From a virus (lineage: Duplodnaviria; Caudoviricetes): DNA of 59,870 bases. The first letter of the stretch is position 1, and every line of letters begins with the position of its first letter. Location: positions 1-59,870 of the IMG/VR virus record IMGVR_UViG_3300009050_000003; one strand, 5' to 3'. A program made the position numbers and the translations under genes. Below the pieces are notes generated by a model. The model saw only the letters and a program-made list of their open reading frames with translations. It did no database searches and had not been told where the DNA came from. Below are positions 18,633 through 29,282 of the stretch, piece after piece.

Positions 18633-19751
18633 ATGGCTATTACAAATACAGATTTTCAAAACATTGCTCTGGCAATTTCGGCTTACTCTGACGAAGCCTA
18701 CACAACTGAAAAGAAACTGAACTCGACTGGTATCGTTGCTGCTGATCAGCGCATTGACGCTTCGGGTGAATCGTTCATTGGTCAGTTCCGTTGGTACAAA
18801 CCGCTGAACGCAAACATCAACATCGCTTCGTTGAACACAGCTGCTAACGGTACTTACACCGATATCGCAACTGACGTTGCTAACTTCGTGAAGACAGTTC
18901 GTACCTTCGGTGCAGAGCAAGTCAACATGCAAGAAGTTATCTCGAAGCAAAACGGTCTGGCCAAAATTGGTCGTGACTTTGCTGAAGTTCGCGCACAAGA
19001 CGAGCATAACGCTCTTTTGTCGGTTCTGAAGGGTGTTGCTTCTGCTGAAGTCGCTCGTGGCGATGCAGGTGGTGCAGGTAACGGCGGTCTGGTTAGCTTC
19101 GATACTGACGCTGACGCTGCTGCAACTGGTATGTTCGTTGACATCAACGCTGAAGGTGAATTCGGTGCTGCTGCAACTGGTTCTGTAGACGCTCGTCGTC
19201 TGTTCGACTCGTCTGCTATTGGTGCTGCTCGTGGTGAGCGTCTGTTCAAAGCTATTGGTATGGCTTTCAAAGACTACGAACCCGATTACATGTATCTGGT
19301 AACTTCTCCTGAAGTTATGGCAGAAATGCGTGCTGCTAACCTTGTTGACCAAACTATGGTCACAGATGGCAACCTTGAGTTCTCGACAATCTTCGGCGGC
19401 AAATTCCGTCTGGTGATGACTCGCGCTCAACAGCGTATTGCTGGTGAAGCTGCTGGCGATCTGAACACTCAGTCCGCAAAATGCACTTTCGTTGTGAAGC
19501 CTGGCTCGGTAGCTGCTGCTGCTGTTGGCGTTCCGACTCCTGTTGAAGTCGATCGCGTTGCTGCTTCTTACAACGGTGGTGGTTCGACTAACGTTTGGTA
19601 CCGTTATGGCTTCGTAATGCATCCAATGGGTTACGATTGGGCTGGCTCAACTACTGCTTTCGTTTCGAACGCTGGTCTGGGTACTGCTGCTTCGTGGAAC
19701 CGTAAAATGGACGCACTGAACTTGGGTATCCTGCCTATCTTCCACGCCTAA
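18633..19751 (+). CDS. Major capsid protein
   Basis: 372 aa with strong codon bias; GGGSTNVWYRYGFVMHPMGYDW and SWNRK motifs. Confidence 0.9.
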   Translation: MAITNTDFQNIALAISAYSDEAYTTEKKLNSTGIVAADQRIDASGESFIGQFRWYKPLNANINIASLNTAANGTYTDIATDVANFVKTVRTFGAEQVNMQEVISKQNGLAKIGRDFAEVRAQDEHNALLSVLKGVASAEVARGDAGGAGNGGLVSFDTDADAAATGMFVDINAEGEFGAAATGSVDARRLFDSSAIGAARGERLFKAIGMAFKDYEPDYMYLVTSPEVMAEMRAANLVDQTMVTDGNLEFSTIFGGKFRLVMTRAQQRIAGEAAGDLNTQSAKCTFVVKPGSVAAAAVGVPTPVEVDRVAASYNGGGSTNVWYRYGFVMHPMGYDWAGSTTAFVSNAGLGTAASWNRKMDALNLGILPIFHA

Positions 19752-19768
19752 TAATTTAGGAGGGACTA

Positions 19769-20269
19769 ATGGCACTAGTTCTAAATACTAACAGCTATGT
19801 GACTTTAGATGAGGCTGAACTATACTTTGAAACTCGCATCGACAGTGCTAACTGGTTTAACTCTGAAGATGAGATTAAAGAACAGGCATTGGTTACTGCA
19901 ACACAGATTGTAGACAATCATGCTTGGATTGGCTCGGCTATTAGTCCTTCCCAAGCTCTTGCGTGGCCTCGTAAGAATGCAATCTACAATGACCCTCGTT
20001 TGGGCCTTACTGTATCTGTTGCTGAAAACGAGATTCCACAACAGGTTAAAGTTGCTGTTTATGAACAAGCACTGCATTTGATTGATAATGAGGATCTTCT
20101 TTCTGGTACTACTCAAACTTTTGAAAGTATCAAAATTGGCTCAATTGCTATTGAAGATAAAAACTCAGATACCACTAAAACTCCTATGAAAGCAAAGCTA
20201 GTAGTTTCGACTATTAAGCCTTTGCTTCGTAGCAGTGGTACTAGCCTAACATGGTGGAGGGCTAACTAA
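19769..20269 (+). CDS. Head-tail adaptor (often annotated DnaT-like)
   Basis: NSYVTLDEA..YF, KEQALVTAT, QALAWPR and IPQQVKVA motifs. Confidence 0.8.
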   Translation: MALVLNTNSYVTLDEAELYFETRIDSANWFNSEDEIKEQALVTATQIVDNHAWIGSAISPSQALAWPRKNAIYNDPRLGLTVSVAENEIPQQVKVAVYEQALHLIDNEDLLSGTTQTFESIKIGSIAIEDKNSDTTKTPMKAKLVVSTIKPLLRSSGTSLTWWRAN

Positions 20270-20604
20270 TGTCAATTTCTGCGCGAGTAGCTAATGCTGT
20301 AAATAAAGCTTTTATTGCAGCAGGTGATCTTGTTAAAAGTGCAGAATTACAATCAAAAGCAGTTTCTAGTTTTGACTTTCAAACAGGTGAAACTAAAAGC
20401 GTAACCCAGAAAGTTACAGTTGATGTAATCATTCAATCAACTGAAAAACCGTCTGGCGAAGGTTTTACTAAAACCGCGCTTATGAAGTCAGGTCTAGATC
20501 TTAGCGTTTACGACTCTATTATTATTGATGGTAAACGCCATAACATTGTAGACTATGATGATAATGGCTTTACTATTACAGTAATTATTGTTAAGGAGAG
20601 GTAA
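20269..20604 (+). CDS. Head closure / head-tail joining protein
   Basis: Position and size; YDSIIIDGKRHNIV. Confidence 0.65.
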   Translation: MSISARVANAVNKAFIAAGDLVKSAELQSKAVSSFDFQTGETKSVTQKVTVDVIIQSTEKPSGEGFTKTALMKSGLDLSVYDSIIIDGKRHNIVDYDDNGFTITVIIVKER

Positions 20605-20605
20605 A

Positions 20606-21007
20606 ATGTTTGAGACTATTCTCACAGACATTCAGTCTGTTTTTGCCTCTGCGGATTGGACTTCAAAGCAGATTGCAATATACCCTGATAACTATCAAGG
20701 TACTATTGTAAATCCTGACGAATATTTGCGTATGAACATTATACCCGCAGATAGCAACAACTATGCCTATGAAGGTAGGAAAGTTGTTAGCGGTGTAATG
20801 TTTATTAAGATTTTCGTTAAAGCAGGTGAAGGTCAAAAACGCATTATGAAAATTGCGGATGAACTTGATTCTGTTCTTCAAAACAAAACTTTAACTAATA
20901 AAACACAGCTTGGGACTTCCTTTGTTACAATGGAAGGGCTTGACCCATCTAATCAATCGCTTTATAGCGCAAGATACACTATACCATTTAAGAAATACGG
21001 AGAATAA
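20606..21007 (+). CDS. Tail terminator protein
   Basis: GVMFIKIFVKAGEG...IADELDSVL; precedes the tail tube gene. Confidence 0.75.
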   Translation: MFETILTDIQSVFASADWTSKQIAIYPDNYQGTIVNPDEYLRMNIIPADSNNYAYEGRKVVSGVMFIKIFVKAGEGQKRIMKIADELDSVLQNKTLTNKTQLGTSFVTMEGLDPSNQSLYSARYTIPFKKYGE

Positions 21008-21010
21008 CAA

Positions 21011-21541
21011 ATGGCACACATTTCGACACTTGGCGCAGGTATTTATACATACCTTGACCTTTTCAAAGGGACCATCCCTGCTGGCACCGATACCGCTTCG
21101 GAAATCGCTGCTCTGTTCGTTGGTTCGACACCTGGCACGGCTGATGCAGATCATGTTCGTATGCCTTCTGTTCGCGAATTCCCTTCTGTGGGTACTCCTG
21201 CGAACATCGTTAACGTTCCTGTTTACGGCCAAGCAACCTCTTCGCAGGTGCAAGGTCAGTCGGACGCCCCGACTCTGGAAGTTACTGTTAACTACATCGC
21301 TGCTGACATGCAAGCAATTCACGCTCTTGTCGGTCAACAGGTTGCGTTCCGCTTCATGATGGCTGCTGGCCCCGTCACTAAAGACGAAGGTGCAGACGTT
21401 ACTCTGGCAGTTGAAAACACTGAATTCTACTTCGTCGGTAAGATCGAAGCTATTCTGGTGAACCCTGCTCTGACAGACGCAACTACTGCAACCGTTACGT
21501 TGTCGGCTCAAACCGACTTCTTCGGTCCTGCGACTATCTAA
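21011..21541 (+). CDS. Major tail tube protein
   Basis: VREFPSVGTPANIVNVPVYG...QGQSDAPTLEVTVNY; strong codon bias. Confidence 0.85.
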   Translation: MAHISTLGAGIYTYLDLFKGTIPAGTDTASEIAALFVGSTPGTADADHVRMPSVREFPSVGTPANIVNVPVYGQATSSQVQGQSDAPTLEVTVNYIAADMQAIHALVGQQVAFRFMMAAGPVTKDEGADVTLAVENTEFYFVGKIEAILVNPALTDATTATVTLSAQTDFFGPATI

Positions 21542-21599
21542 GCTAGTTTTGGGGGAGATCTTTAGAGGTTTCCCCCTCATCCATAAAAAGAAGTATTAC

Positions 21600-21839
21600 A
21601 TGACAGATAAACCATTTAGTAAAAGCTTTGTTATGCGTACGACATTTCGTCATATGCGTCGAAGCGTAGACATTAGTATTCGAAAATCATTTGATCGTTT
21701 TCAAGACTTTGATGAGGGATCCCGTGAAGGAAAAGAATGTCTAGAAACACTCTCCGTTCTTCATACGGTTCGTAAAATCTTGGATGACTTCCAAGCTGCG
21801 AATCCGCACCTGTTCACTGAAAAAGATAAATTGCAATAA
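21600..21839 (+). CDS. Hypothetical protein
   Basis: ORF MTDKPFSK..., between the tail tube and chaperone genes. Confidence 0.6.
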   Translation: MTDKPFSKSFVMRTTFRHMRRSVDISIRKSFDRFQDFDEGSREGKECLETLSVLHTVRKILDDFQAANPHLFTEKDKLQ

Positions 21840-21851
21840 AGGAAAAGTATT

Positions 21852-22157
21852 ATGAAACATCTAGTAGGTAAAGTTATTACAAAAGAAGTCTCGTTTATGG
21901 ATGACAAAGTTGAAGTCCGCAAACTGTCGGTCTCGGAAGTTATGGCTATCCAAGACCTCGTAAAGAAAGCTGCATCGTCTAAGAAAGATGATTCTCAGCT
22001 TGGAGTATTGCGTGACGTCCTTCGTCGTGCTGTTATCGGTGCAGAAGAAATGACCGATCAAGAATTTGACTCGTTCCCGTTGGCAGAACTGAACAAGCTT
22101 TCTGAAGCTGTTCTTGGGTTCTCTGGCATGGGCGATGGTGGCGCTTCGGGAAACTAA
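21852..22157 (+). CDS. Tail assembly chaperone (gpG-like)
   Basis: Position; ends ...GGASGN over a GGGAAAC slippery site. Confidence 0.8.
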   Translation: MKHLVGKVITKEVSFMDDKVEVRKLSVSEVMAIQDLVKKAASSKKDDSQLGVLRDVLRRAVIGAEEMTDQEFDSFPLAELNKLSEAVLGFSGMGDGGASGN

Positions 22158-22525
22158 CCGATCAGGAAGAAGTAATCTTCGAAGTGGCTTATAACCTTGG
22201 CATTCCTGTTTATAAAATTGAGCAGGAAATGCCTTATACAGAACTACTAAAGTGGATTACTTACTTCCGCAGGAGACCTGTCGGATATCGAGAGGACAAC
22301 CGCACTTACATGCTATTACGTGCGCAAGGTATCAAAGAATCTGCTGAAAACTTATTTCCAACAATTCGTGCTGTTCGAAATTACGAAGACTCTAAAATTG
22401 AAGCTGGCAAAGTTATGCCACAAGGTAAGTTCCTTGAAAAGATGCTTAGAGCAAAGAATGGCGATGGATCTGGTTGGGATTTGCTAACAGGAGGTCAGAA
22501 TGGCAAAGCCGATAATCAGCCTTGA
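22148..22525 (+). CDS. Tail assembly chaperone gpGT extension via -1 programmed frameshift
   Basis: G GGA AAC TAA at 22148-22157; the -1 frame is open (K L T D Q E E V I F E V A Y N L G...) to 22525; MPYTELLKW motif. Confidence 0.8.
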   Translation, partial: GKLTDQEEVIFEVAYNLGIPVYKIEQEMPYTELLKWITYFRRRPVGYREDNRTYMLLRAQGIKESAENLFPTIRAVRNYEDSKIEAGKVMPQGKFLEKMLRAKNGDGSGWDLLTGGQNGKADNQP

Positions 22526-22826
22526 AGTTGTTAACTTCGACAAAGAGCTTGCTCGTATTAAACGAGAAGTGGCTGAAATTGGTGCAATGGAAACCCATGC
22601 ACGTATTGATTATGCAACAGAACAACTACGTATTGTAACCCCTGTAGATACAGGTGAAGCAAGACGTGGGTGGTCTAATACAAAGACTAGAACTATCTTT
22701 GGAGAAGCCGCAGGTACTATCCGTAACCCTGTAGAGCACATCGAATATCTAAACAACGGATCAAGTCGGCAAGCACCTAAATACTTCATTGAAGCGGTGC
22801 TTCTTACTATTGGCGAACTAACGTAG
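22500..22826 (+). CDS. HK97 gp10-like neck/tail completion protein
   Basis: TPVDTGEARRGW, NPVEHIEYLNNGSSRQAP. Confidence 0.85.
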   Translation: MAKPIISLEVVNFDKELARIKREVAEIGAMETHARIDYATEQLRIVTPVDTGEARRGWSNTKTRTIFGEAAGTIRNPVEHIEYLNNGSSRQAPKYFIEAVLLTIGELT

Positions 22827-22906
22827 CCCCTAACATCCTTGCCCTATGATGGCATCTCATTACATCGAGATACTGTTGTAGGGCAATTTTATTAAGGAGG
22901 AACACT

Positions 22907-25900
22907 ATGAGTGGTGTAGAAATTAGAGTACGGTCTAATTCGCAACAGGCTCGACAGGATCTTGCAAGACTTGAGAAGTCCGTTGGTAATATCGATAAAA
23001 CCGTAAACAATGTAACTAAATCTATAGGCCGTTTAGCTGTCGGTCTTGGTGCTGCTTTTTCAGCACAACTAGCTATTAGAAATATTAACAAGTATACAGA
23101 TTCTCTTATCAATCTTGAAAACCGTATTGCCCTAGTTACAGGCCGTACGGAAGAGATGACACAAGTACTTGGTAAACTATATGAAATCTCTGCTCGTTCT
23201 AGAGGCTCTATTGATGGTGCTGCCGAGACGTTTAACCGTTTTGGTCGTTCGCTTCAAGGTACAGGGGCATCTACAGAACAATTACTTCAAGTAACAGAAG
23301 CCGTTCAAAAGAGTATTGCTATCTCTGGTTCTGGAGCTGAATCCGCTCGTGCAGCTATTTTCCAGTTGGGTCAAGGTTTGGCTTCTGGTCAGCTTCGCGG
23401 ACAAGAACTTAACTCCGTGCTTGAACAGGCTCCTCGACTTGCTCAGGCTATTGCGGATTCTATGGGGCAACCTCTCGGTAAACTTCGCGAGTTGGCTGAA
23501 GAAGGCAAGATTACAACTGATGTTGTGTTCAAAGGTCTTCTAAAACAAGCGGAAGCAATCAATAAAGAATTTGCAGATCTTGAAGGCACTACGGCACAAG
23601 CCTTTGAAGTATTTGGTGATTCTGTTGGTCGTGTAACTGGTGAAATCAGTAAGACACTAGGTTTCTCTTATTTATTCACTGATCAACTAAATAGAATGAG
23701 CACTTATCTTCGTGATAACGTTGGTCAGCTAAATAGTATGGCTTTCATACTCAGAGGTGATATTATCACTGGCTTTAGAGACTTTTCTCTTATTGCGGGT
23801 GGTGTTGCTAATGTTCTTGGTGCTTACTTTGGTCGCATTGGTGATGCTATTTATCAGCTTATTCTGCCTATGCGTACTGTTAGTGACCAGCTTAAGGCAA
23901 CGTTGCTATCTCCATTCTTAGAGGCTCGTCAAGAATATCTCAAAATTACAAACAAAATTGGCGATGACATGGCTGATTCTATGATGTCTGGTCTTCGTGG
24001 CAAAATCGGTAATGTTTTTAGAGCCGAAGGTCCAGAAGAAATTAGGGCAGCGCTAGATGATTTAGCTATGACGATTGACGGTTATGGTCGTCAATGGTTC
24101 AACTTTGGAAACCAAATTACGAACTTTATCAACCCTGCTTTTATTACTATTGAAAGGACTTTGGTTGGTTTGGGTATTCTAGATCAGCGATTGCTACGTT
24201 TCCGTAGTGGCTCTTTTGAAGATTTAAACTTTGTTATGGAATTAACAAATCTTATCATTAAAGATCTTGTTAAAAATATTAAAGCTCTAGAAGTTTGGAA
24301 TGATCTGGTTCTAGGTGCTTATATTGCTGCTCAACAAATTAATCGAGTTATGGGCGCAATAAAATCTGAAATTTCTATAGCTGTAAATAAGATCCAAAAG
24401 ACGCTTCAATCTATGTTTACAGGGGTTAAAGATATTGCTGAAAAGAACCTTGGTGCTGCATGGAAATCTGTTAAGGGGTATCTTGACTTAATTGAGCGTA
24501 AATTCTTCTGGCTTTACGACGAAGTTATTGCTAACTCTTGGTGGACTGACACTATGGAGCAAACTGCAGGTTTAGCACAATACTGGCTAGGTCGTGCTGA
24601 AGCCCGTGTACAAAGTTTTGGTAATACTATTAACTCTGTTTATAAAACAATTAGTAAAAGAGCAAGTGGCTTTAAAGAAGCACTTTCTAATTTGTTGCCC
24701 TCTGGTGGCGGTAGGAATATTCTTGAAATTGAGATTTCGACAAGTTCTATCAAAGAAACTGCAGTAACTCTTGTTAATACTGCTGTTAATTTTGGTCGTA
24801 CTATTTCTAGTGGTGCTGCCAATATGGTATCAGACCTATACAAGAAAATCAAAGAAATTGCCCCTGGTATTGGGTCGTATATTGCGTTTGCTGTTACTAC
24901 TGCAGTTGGTTCTGCTTTTGCACCCAAGCTTTTTGCTCCTCTGCTTAAACTTGAACTTATTGGTCTTGGTGCGATTATTGCAAATGAACTTGCAAGTAAC
25001 TTTGGACCTGCATTTATTTCATCTGGGTTTTTAGAAGACCTTGGTACAGGTATTGGTCGAGCCGCAGGAAACTTTGCAGCTGCCATTATTGAGAACATTC
25101 CTATGATTGTTCAAGGTCTTGTACAAGTTGTAAAAGGCTTTGGGAAGGGTGTTGCAGAAGCTTTTGGTGGTATTCCTGGATTTCTTCTAAGAACAATTAA
25201 CTCTATTCCTTTCTTTGGAGGGGATGGTCTTATCGTTGGTTTGATCTTTGGTACTGCAGGACTTTCTATCGTTAGCAAGAAATTCCGTGAACTTGCCTTT
25301 AATGTTATTCAACCTGCTCTTACTGGTATTATTAAGATGGCAGGTGTTGGCAGTGGTGCTAACTTGTTTGGTGCTGGTCAGGGTCTGGCTTCTCGAATTC
25401 TATTTGGTGGTACAGCAGACCCCAAGGCTGTTCTGACACGATTGACTTTCTTTACTGTCGGTGCAACAGCTTTGCTTTCGGGTATTCCTGACACATTGGG
25501 ACAAGGTATTGCACAGCTTGGTTTTGCTTATTTGACTATGTTTGGTACTCGTGGACCAACTGCGATTATTCAAGATTTGCAGAAAGTTGCAAATGTAGGC
25601 GGTAGTGCATTTAGCACAATTATGGCAGGTGGTTGGGGTACTCAACTAGGTGCAACAGCTGCAAAAGCCTTTAATGGTATTAGGTCTATGATGACTATGA
25701 CCAGCCGAGTAGGTGCTATTGAATCTGCTAAAATGTCAGCTTCTTATGTAGCTTCTTTTGCTCGTATTCGCGGCGCAGGTATTTCAAGTCTTGGCGCAGT
25801 TGTCAAGCGTTTTGGTAGAGTAGCACTTATTGCAGGTGCAGCACTTTATGCATTGACTGGAACTGCTGATGCAGCTTCAGAGGAAATGGGTGGTCTTGAA

Positions 25901-28900
25901 AGTACGATTTCAAAATACTCTGACGTAGGTATTATAGGTCTTTCTATCCTTGGGCCTATGCTTGGTGGACCTCTTATGAAGGCAGTTACTAAGGTTACAG
26001 GGTTTGTAGCTAAGTCTATCTCAGGACTTGTTTCAACCGCAGTAGCTACAGGTGCTCGCCTTGGTGGTGCTTTGTTTACAGGTATTATGGCAGGTGTAGG
26101 TAGCCTTGCAACCTCGATTGTTACAGCAATTACAGGTGCTTTTGCTGCAATATTCTCTATGGCGGGGGCTATTGTTGTTGGCGCAGTTGCAGCTATTGGT
26201 TTGCTTGGTGTATGGATCTTCGGCGAAGGTGATGGTTTCTTTGATAAACTAGGTAACGCTTATGACTCTGTTCGTAAATTCTTTGGCATGGCAGATCGTC
26301 GTACAAGAGACGCACGTAACGAACTCGAAGGTTTGTTTGATTTTGATCAGATTGGTGATATTAAGATTAACCTTGCTGCTGAACTTGCTAATGTTGATTT
26401 GTCTAGTATTTCTGACGATGATCTTGATCGTTTGATGCGAGTTAGCCGTGAAGCTAATCGTATCTTCGAAGAAGCTAATACAACACTTATGAATGAAGGT
26501 GAACTTAGTCGGGCTGAAACACGAAATGTTCAACGTGCAGTTTATGCTGTTCGTGATGAACTTCGTAGAGCACCAGCTGTTCCTGAAACAGAACGTGGAC
26601 GTAATCTTGGAGATAGCCTTAAAACTATTCTAGGTGGTATCGAGTTTATTGGTGGCCGTACTAGTCAAAGTCTAAATCCGTTTGGTGATGTTCTAACTGA
26701 ATCTGAACGTGCTGCCCTAACACGCGCTCAATCTCAGGCTGATGAAGGTCGTTTATCAGACGCTATTTCAACTATTCTCACTTCTGAGATGCGTCCAATG
26801 CTTGAAGAAAGTGACCAAGGTCGCGCACTTGTTGAATTGATGGGCCGATTGATGGGTGTATTGGATGCTGGTGCTTTGGATCGTATGAGCCAAGAAGAAT
26901 TCGTTACTTTCTCAGAAAGCGTTTCTGACTTCTCTCGTCTAATTAACCAATTTGGACGTGGTGTAGGATTTAACGAAGTTGGTGCGGGTGTACAAGCTTT
27001 TGGTCGTGGCGGTATTGGCAATGATACAGGTCTTGCAGGTGAGCTAGCGGGTATTCTTCAGACAGTTGCTCGTGAAAATGCTCGTCAAATCTTGCTTGAA
27101 CAGCGTCAAGCTAAGCTAACTAATGCAGAAGAAATTTTGACAAAAGTGGCAGATTTCGGTGTTGATATTGAACCTGAAGAACTTGCAAGACGATTTACAA
27201 ATGCGCAGCTAGATGCCTTTATTGAAGCGGGTAATAATCTGATAACCAATATGGATATCTTTGATCAAGCTCCAGAAACACTGGCTGGTTACACACAAGA
27301 ATATCTTGATCGTCTGAACCATAATGCAGAAATGTATGCTAACGTTCTGAATCATATTATTGAACAATCAGTTCCTCAAGAAACAACTGATGAAATTCAG
27401 AGCCGTCTTGAAGGCTTGCAGTCTCAGTTAGATTCTGTAGGTATCTCTGGTTCTCTTGCATTTGATCCTATGGTTGCTTCTGTTGCGGCTCTTAGCGAAG
27501 AAGCTATTTACCTTGGTGGTGAATACGAAAGAATGCAAGGCAAAATTAAGAGTATTTCTCGTCTACAAAGACAACTTCTTGAAGACGAGTCTCTTAGTGC
27601 GCAACAACGCAGAGACATTACTGTAGAAATTGGTCGTCAACGTCAGTCTCTTGAAACTATGGTTGAGCTTAACAACCTTGCTTATCGTATTGAAGCAGAC
27701 CGTGTTGGTTTGATTGAAGACGCTATGAGTTCGGTAGATAATGCAATGCCTCTGGAGCGTATTTTGGCTCTAGATGTTAGCACAATTAACAAGATTGTTG
27801 CTGCTTCTGCGGCTGTACAAACCTTGTCTCTACAACTTCAAAGTATTGGTGCCTCTGGTGCTGATGTTGATGTTGGTATTCGACGTACGCTTGAAAGACG
27901 TTTGCAGGAAAGCCAAGAATATCTTAACAGTGTAATGGGCGGTTTTAGTGGCAACGATGATAAGAGTGGCAAAACAGAAACCTTCTTGGAGAAACTTTCT
28001 TCTGGTTTGTCTTCTGCAGGGTTTAGTGCGTCTATTCAAGAAATCGGTGCGCTTTCTCAACGTCAAATTGATCAGTTGACTATTGCTGTTGGACGTTACA
28101 ACGATGCTCAAAAGGCATTGAATAACTCTGCACAGAGTGAGTCTGTTATTCGTGCTAATGCTCTTAGAACATTGGATGAGCAACGCGAGCGTATGGCAGA
28201 AATTCTTGCCAGCGGTACTATTCTGGGTATTCAGAAAGCACTAGAAGGTATGGGTTCTCAACTTGATATTGCATCTTTGGTTGGCCTTACACCTGAACGC
28301 TTCCAGTTTGCTGTTGAAAATAGTTTGCGTATTGCAGAACTTCGTAAGAACATTCTAGATACTGCGGGTACTGATCTTGCTCTGGCAAGAGAAATGAACC
28401 TAGAGCTTGAACGCCGTATGCAACTTGAACAAGGCATGACCGACACAGCACGTAGCTCTACAGATGCTATCGCTGAGTCTATCAAAAAGAACCTTGGTGA
28501 AGTTATCCGTGGTGCTCAAACACTTGGCGAAGGGATTATAGGTGTTCTTGATACTGTTACTGACCGTATTATTGACACTGTTCTTAATTCTTTTGTTGAC
28601 GCAATGTTCCAAGCCTCTGGTATGAAAGACATGTTTACAAACTTCTTTGCAGGTTTGTTTCAGTCTGGTCAGTCAATGGGTCAGAAACTAGGTCAAACCG
28701 TTGGTCAATCTATCACAGGTAGCCTTGAAGGTAGTATGACTGGTGGTGGCTGGATGTCTAACATTATGGGTTCTGTTGGTGGTCTGTTTAAGAACATCTT
28801 CGGTTTCCTTGGTGGAATGGGCGGCGGCGGCGGTATGTTTAGCAGCCTATTTGGATTGAGCTTTGGCTCTTTCTTAGGGTTTAGCGAGGGCGGTATCGTA

Positions 28901-29146
28901 CCAATGATGGCAGGTGCTAAAGCTGGTGTAGACTCTGTTCCTGCAATGCTAACTCCTGGCGAAGTCATCTTGAGTACTGATCAAGTTAAAGCACTTGGTA
29001 AAGGCTCTAATGCAGGTAATAGTCAAGTATTTAATTTGAATATTACTGGAGATGTATCTCGTCAAACACGCAAAGAAATCGTCAAGTTGATGCCTCAGAT
29101 TACTCAAGGTGTTAACACCAATAACAAAGAAAATAATAGACGATAA
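22907..29146 (+). CDS. Tape measure protein (2079 aa)
   Basis: Tape-measure N-domain (AIFQLGQGLASGQLRGQELNSVLEQAP), Gly/Ala hydrophobic stretches, and C-terminal FSEGGIV...DSVPAMLTPGE. Confidence 0.92.
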   Translation: MSGVEIRVRSNSQQARQDLARLEKSVGNIDKTVNNVTKSIGRLAVGLGAAFSAQLAIRNINKYTDSLINLENRIALVTGRTEEMTQVLGKLYEISARSRGSIDGAAETFNRFGRSLQGTGASTEQLLQVTEAVQKSIAISGSGAESARAAIFQLGQGLASGQLRGQELNSVLEQAPRLAQAIADSMGQPLGKLRELAEEGKITTDVVFKGLLKQAEAINKEFADLEGTTAQAFEVFGDSVGRVTGEISKTLGFSYLFTDQLNRMSTYLRDNVGQLNSMAFILRGDIITGFRDFSLIAGGVANVLGAYFGRIGDAIYQLILPMRTVSDQLKATLLSPFLEARQEYLKITNKIGDDMADSMMSGLRGKIGNVFRAEGPEEIRAALDDLAMTIDGYGRQWFNFGNQITNFINPAFITIERTLVGLGILDQRLLRFRSGSFEDLNFVMELTNLIIKDLVKNIKALEVWNDLVLGAYIAAQQINRVMGAIKSEISIAVNKIQKTLQSMFTGVKDIAEKNLGAAWKSVKGYLDLIERKFFWLYDEVIANSWWTDTMEQTAGLAQYWLGRAEARVQSFGNTINSVYKTISKRASGFKEALSNLLPSGGGRNILEIEISTSSIKETAVTLVNTAVNFGRTISSGAANMVSDLYKKIKEIAPGIGSYIAFAVTTAVGSAFAPKLFAPLLKLELIGLGAIIANELASNFGPAFISSGFLEDLGTGIGRAAGNFAAAIIENIPMIVQGLVQVVKGFGKGVAEAFGGIPGFLLRTINSIPFFGGDGLIVGLIFGTAGLSIVSKKFRELAFNVIQPALTGIIKMAGVGSGANLFGAGQGLASRILFGGTADPKAVLTRLTFFTVGATALLSGIPDTLGQGIAQLGFAYLTMFGTRGPTAIIQDLQKVANVGGSAFSTIMAGGWGTQLGATAAKAFNGIRSMMTMTSRVGAIESAKMSASYVASFARIRGAGISSLGAVVKRFGRVALIAGAALYALTGTADAASEEMGGLESTISKYSDVGIIGLSILGPMLGGPLMKAVTKVTGFVAKSISGLVSTAVATGARLGGALFTGIMAGVGSLATSIVTAITGAFAAIFSMAGAIVVGAVAAIGLLGVWIFGEGDGFFDKLGNAYDSVRKFFGMADRRTRDARNELEGLFDFDQIGDIKINLAAELANVDLSSISDDDLDRLMRVSREANRIFEEANTTLMNEGELSRAETRNVQRAVYAVRDELRRAPAVPETERGRNLGDSLKTILGGIEFIGGRTSQSLNPFGDVLTESERAALTRAQSQADEGRLSDAISTILTSEMRPMLEESDQGRALVELMGRLMGVLDAGALDRMSQEEFVTFSESVSDFSRLINQFGRGVGFNEVGAGVQAFGRGGIGNDTGLAGELAGILQTVARENARQILLEQRQAKLTNAEEILTKVADFGVDIEPEELARRFTNAQLDAFIEAGNNLITNMDIFDQAPETLAGYTQEYLDRLNHNAEMYANVLNHIIEQSVPQETTDEIQSRLEGLQSQLDSVGISGSLAFDPMVASVAALSEEAIYLGGEYERMQGKIKSISRLQRQLLEDESLSAQQRRDITVEIGRQRQSLETMVELNNLAYRIEADRVGLIEDAMSSVDNAMPLERILALDVSTINKIVAASAAVQTLSLQLQSIGASGADVDVGIRRTLERRLQESQEYLNSVMGGFSGNDDKSGKTETFLEKLSSGLSSAGFSASIQEIGALSQRQIDQLTIAVGRYNDAQKALNNSAQSESVIRANALRTLDEQRERMAEILASGTILGIQKALEGMGSQLDIASLVGLTPERFQFAVENSLRIAELRKNILDTAGTDLALAREMNLELERRMQLEQGMTDTARSSTDAIAESIKKNLGEVIRGAQTLGEGIIGVLDTVTDRIIDTVLNSFVDAMFQASGMKDMFTNFFAGLFQSGQSMGQKLGQTVGQSITGSLEGSMTGGGWMSNIMGSVGGLFKNIFGFLGGMGGGGGMFSSLFGLSFGSFLGFSEGGIVPMMAGAKAGVDSVPAMLTPGEVILSTDQVKALGKGSNAGNSQVFNLNITGDVSRQTRKEIVKLMPQITQGVNTNNKENNRR

Positions 29147-29157
29147 ACAACTTTTTG

Positions 29158-29183
29158 GGTCGCCCTTCGGGGCGGCCTTTTTT
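29158..29183 (+). terminator. Intrinsic terminator ending the late operon
   Basis: GGTCGCCC-TTCG-GGGCGGCC-TTTTTT. Confidence 0.85.
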
Positions 29184-29226
29184 ACCAAAACAGTCAGCTA
29201 ATTTTGCCCAAAAAAAGCCCAAAAAA

Positions 29227-29253
29227 AAGTGAGAAAATTAACGCATCTATAAT
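29227..29253 (+). promoter_or_regulatory. Early promoter-like motif, copy 1
   Basis: AAGTGAGAAAA-TTAAC-GCATCTATAAT; same blocks and spacing as at 31495. Confidence 0.65.
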
Positions 29254-29282
29254 AGAAGAAATCCAAATAGAGGAGAAACCAA

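Noticed and set aside
18612-19622. Long minus-strand ORF (336 aa) and other antisense ORFs
   Set aside because: These are shadows of strongly codon-biased + strand genes (here the major capsid gene), with no recognisable motifs.
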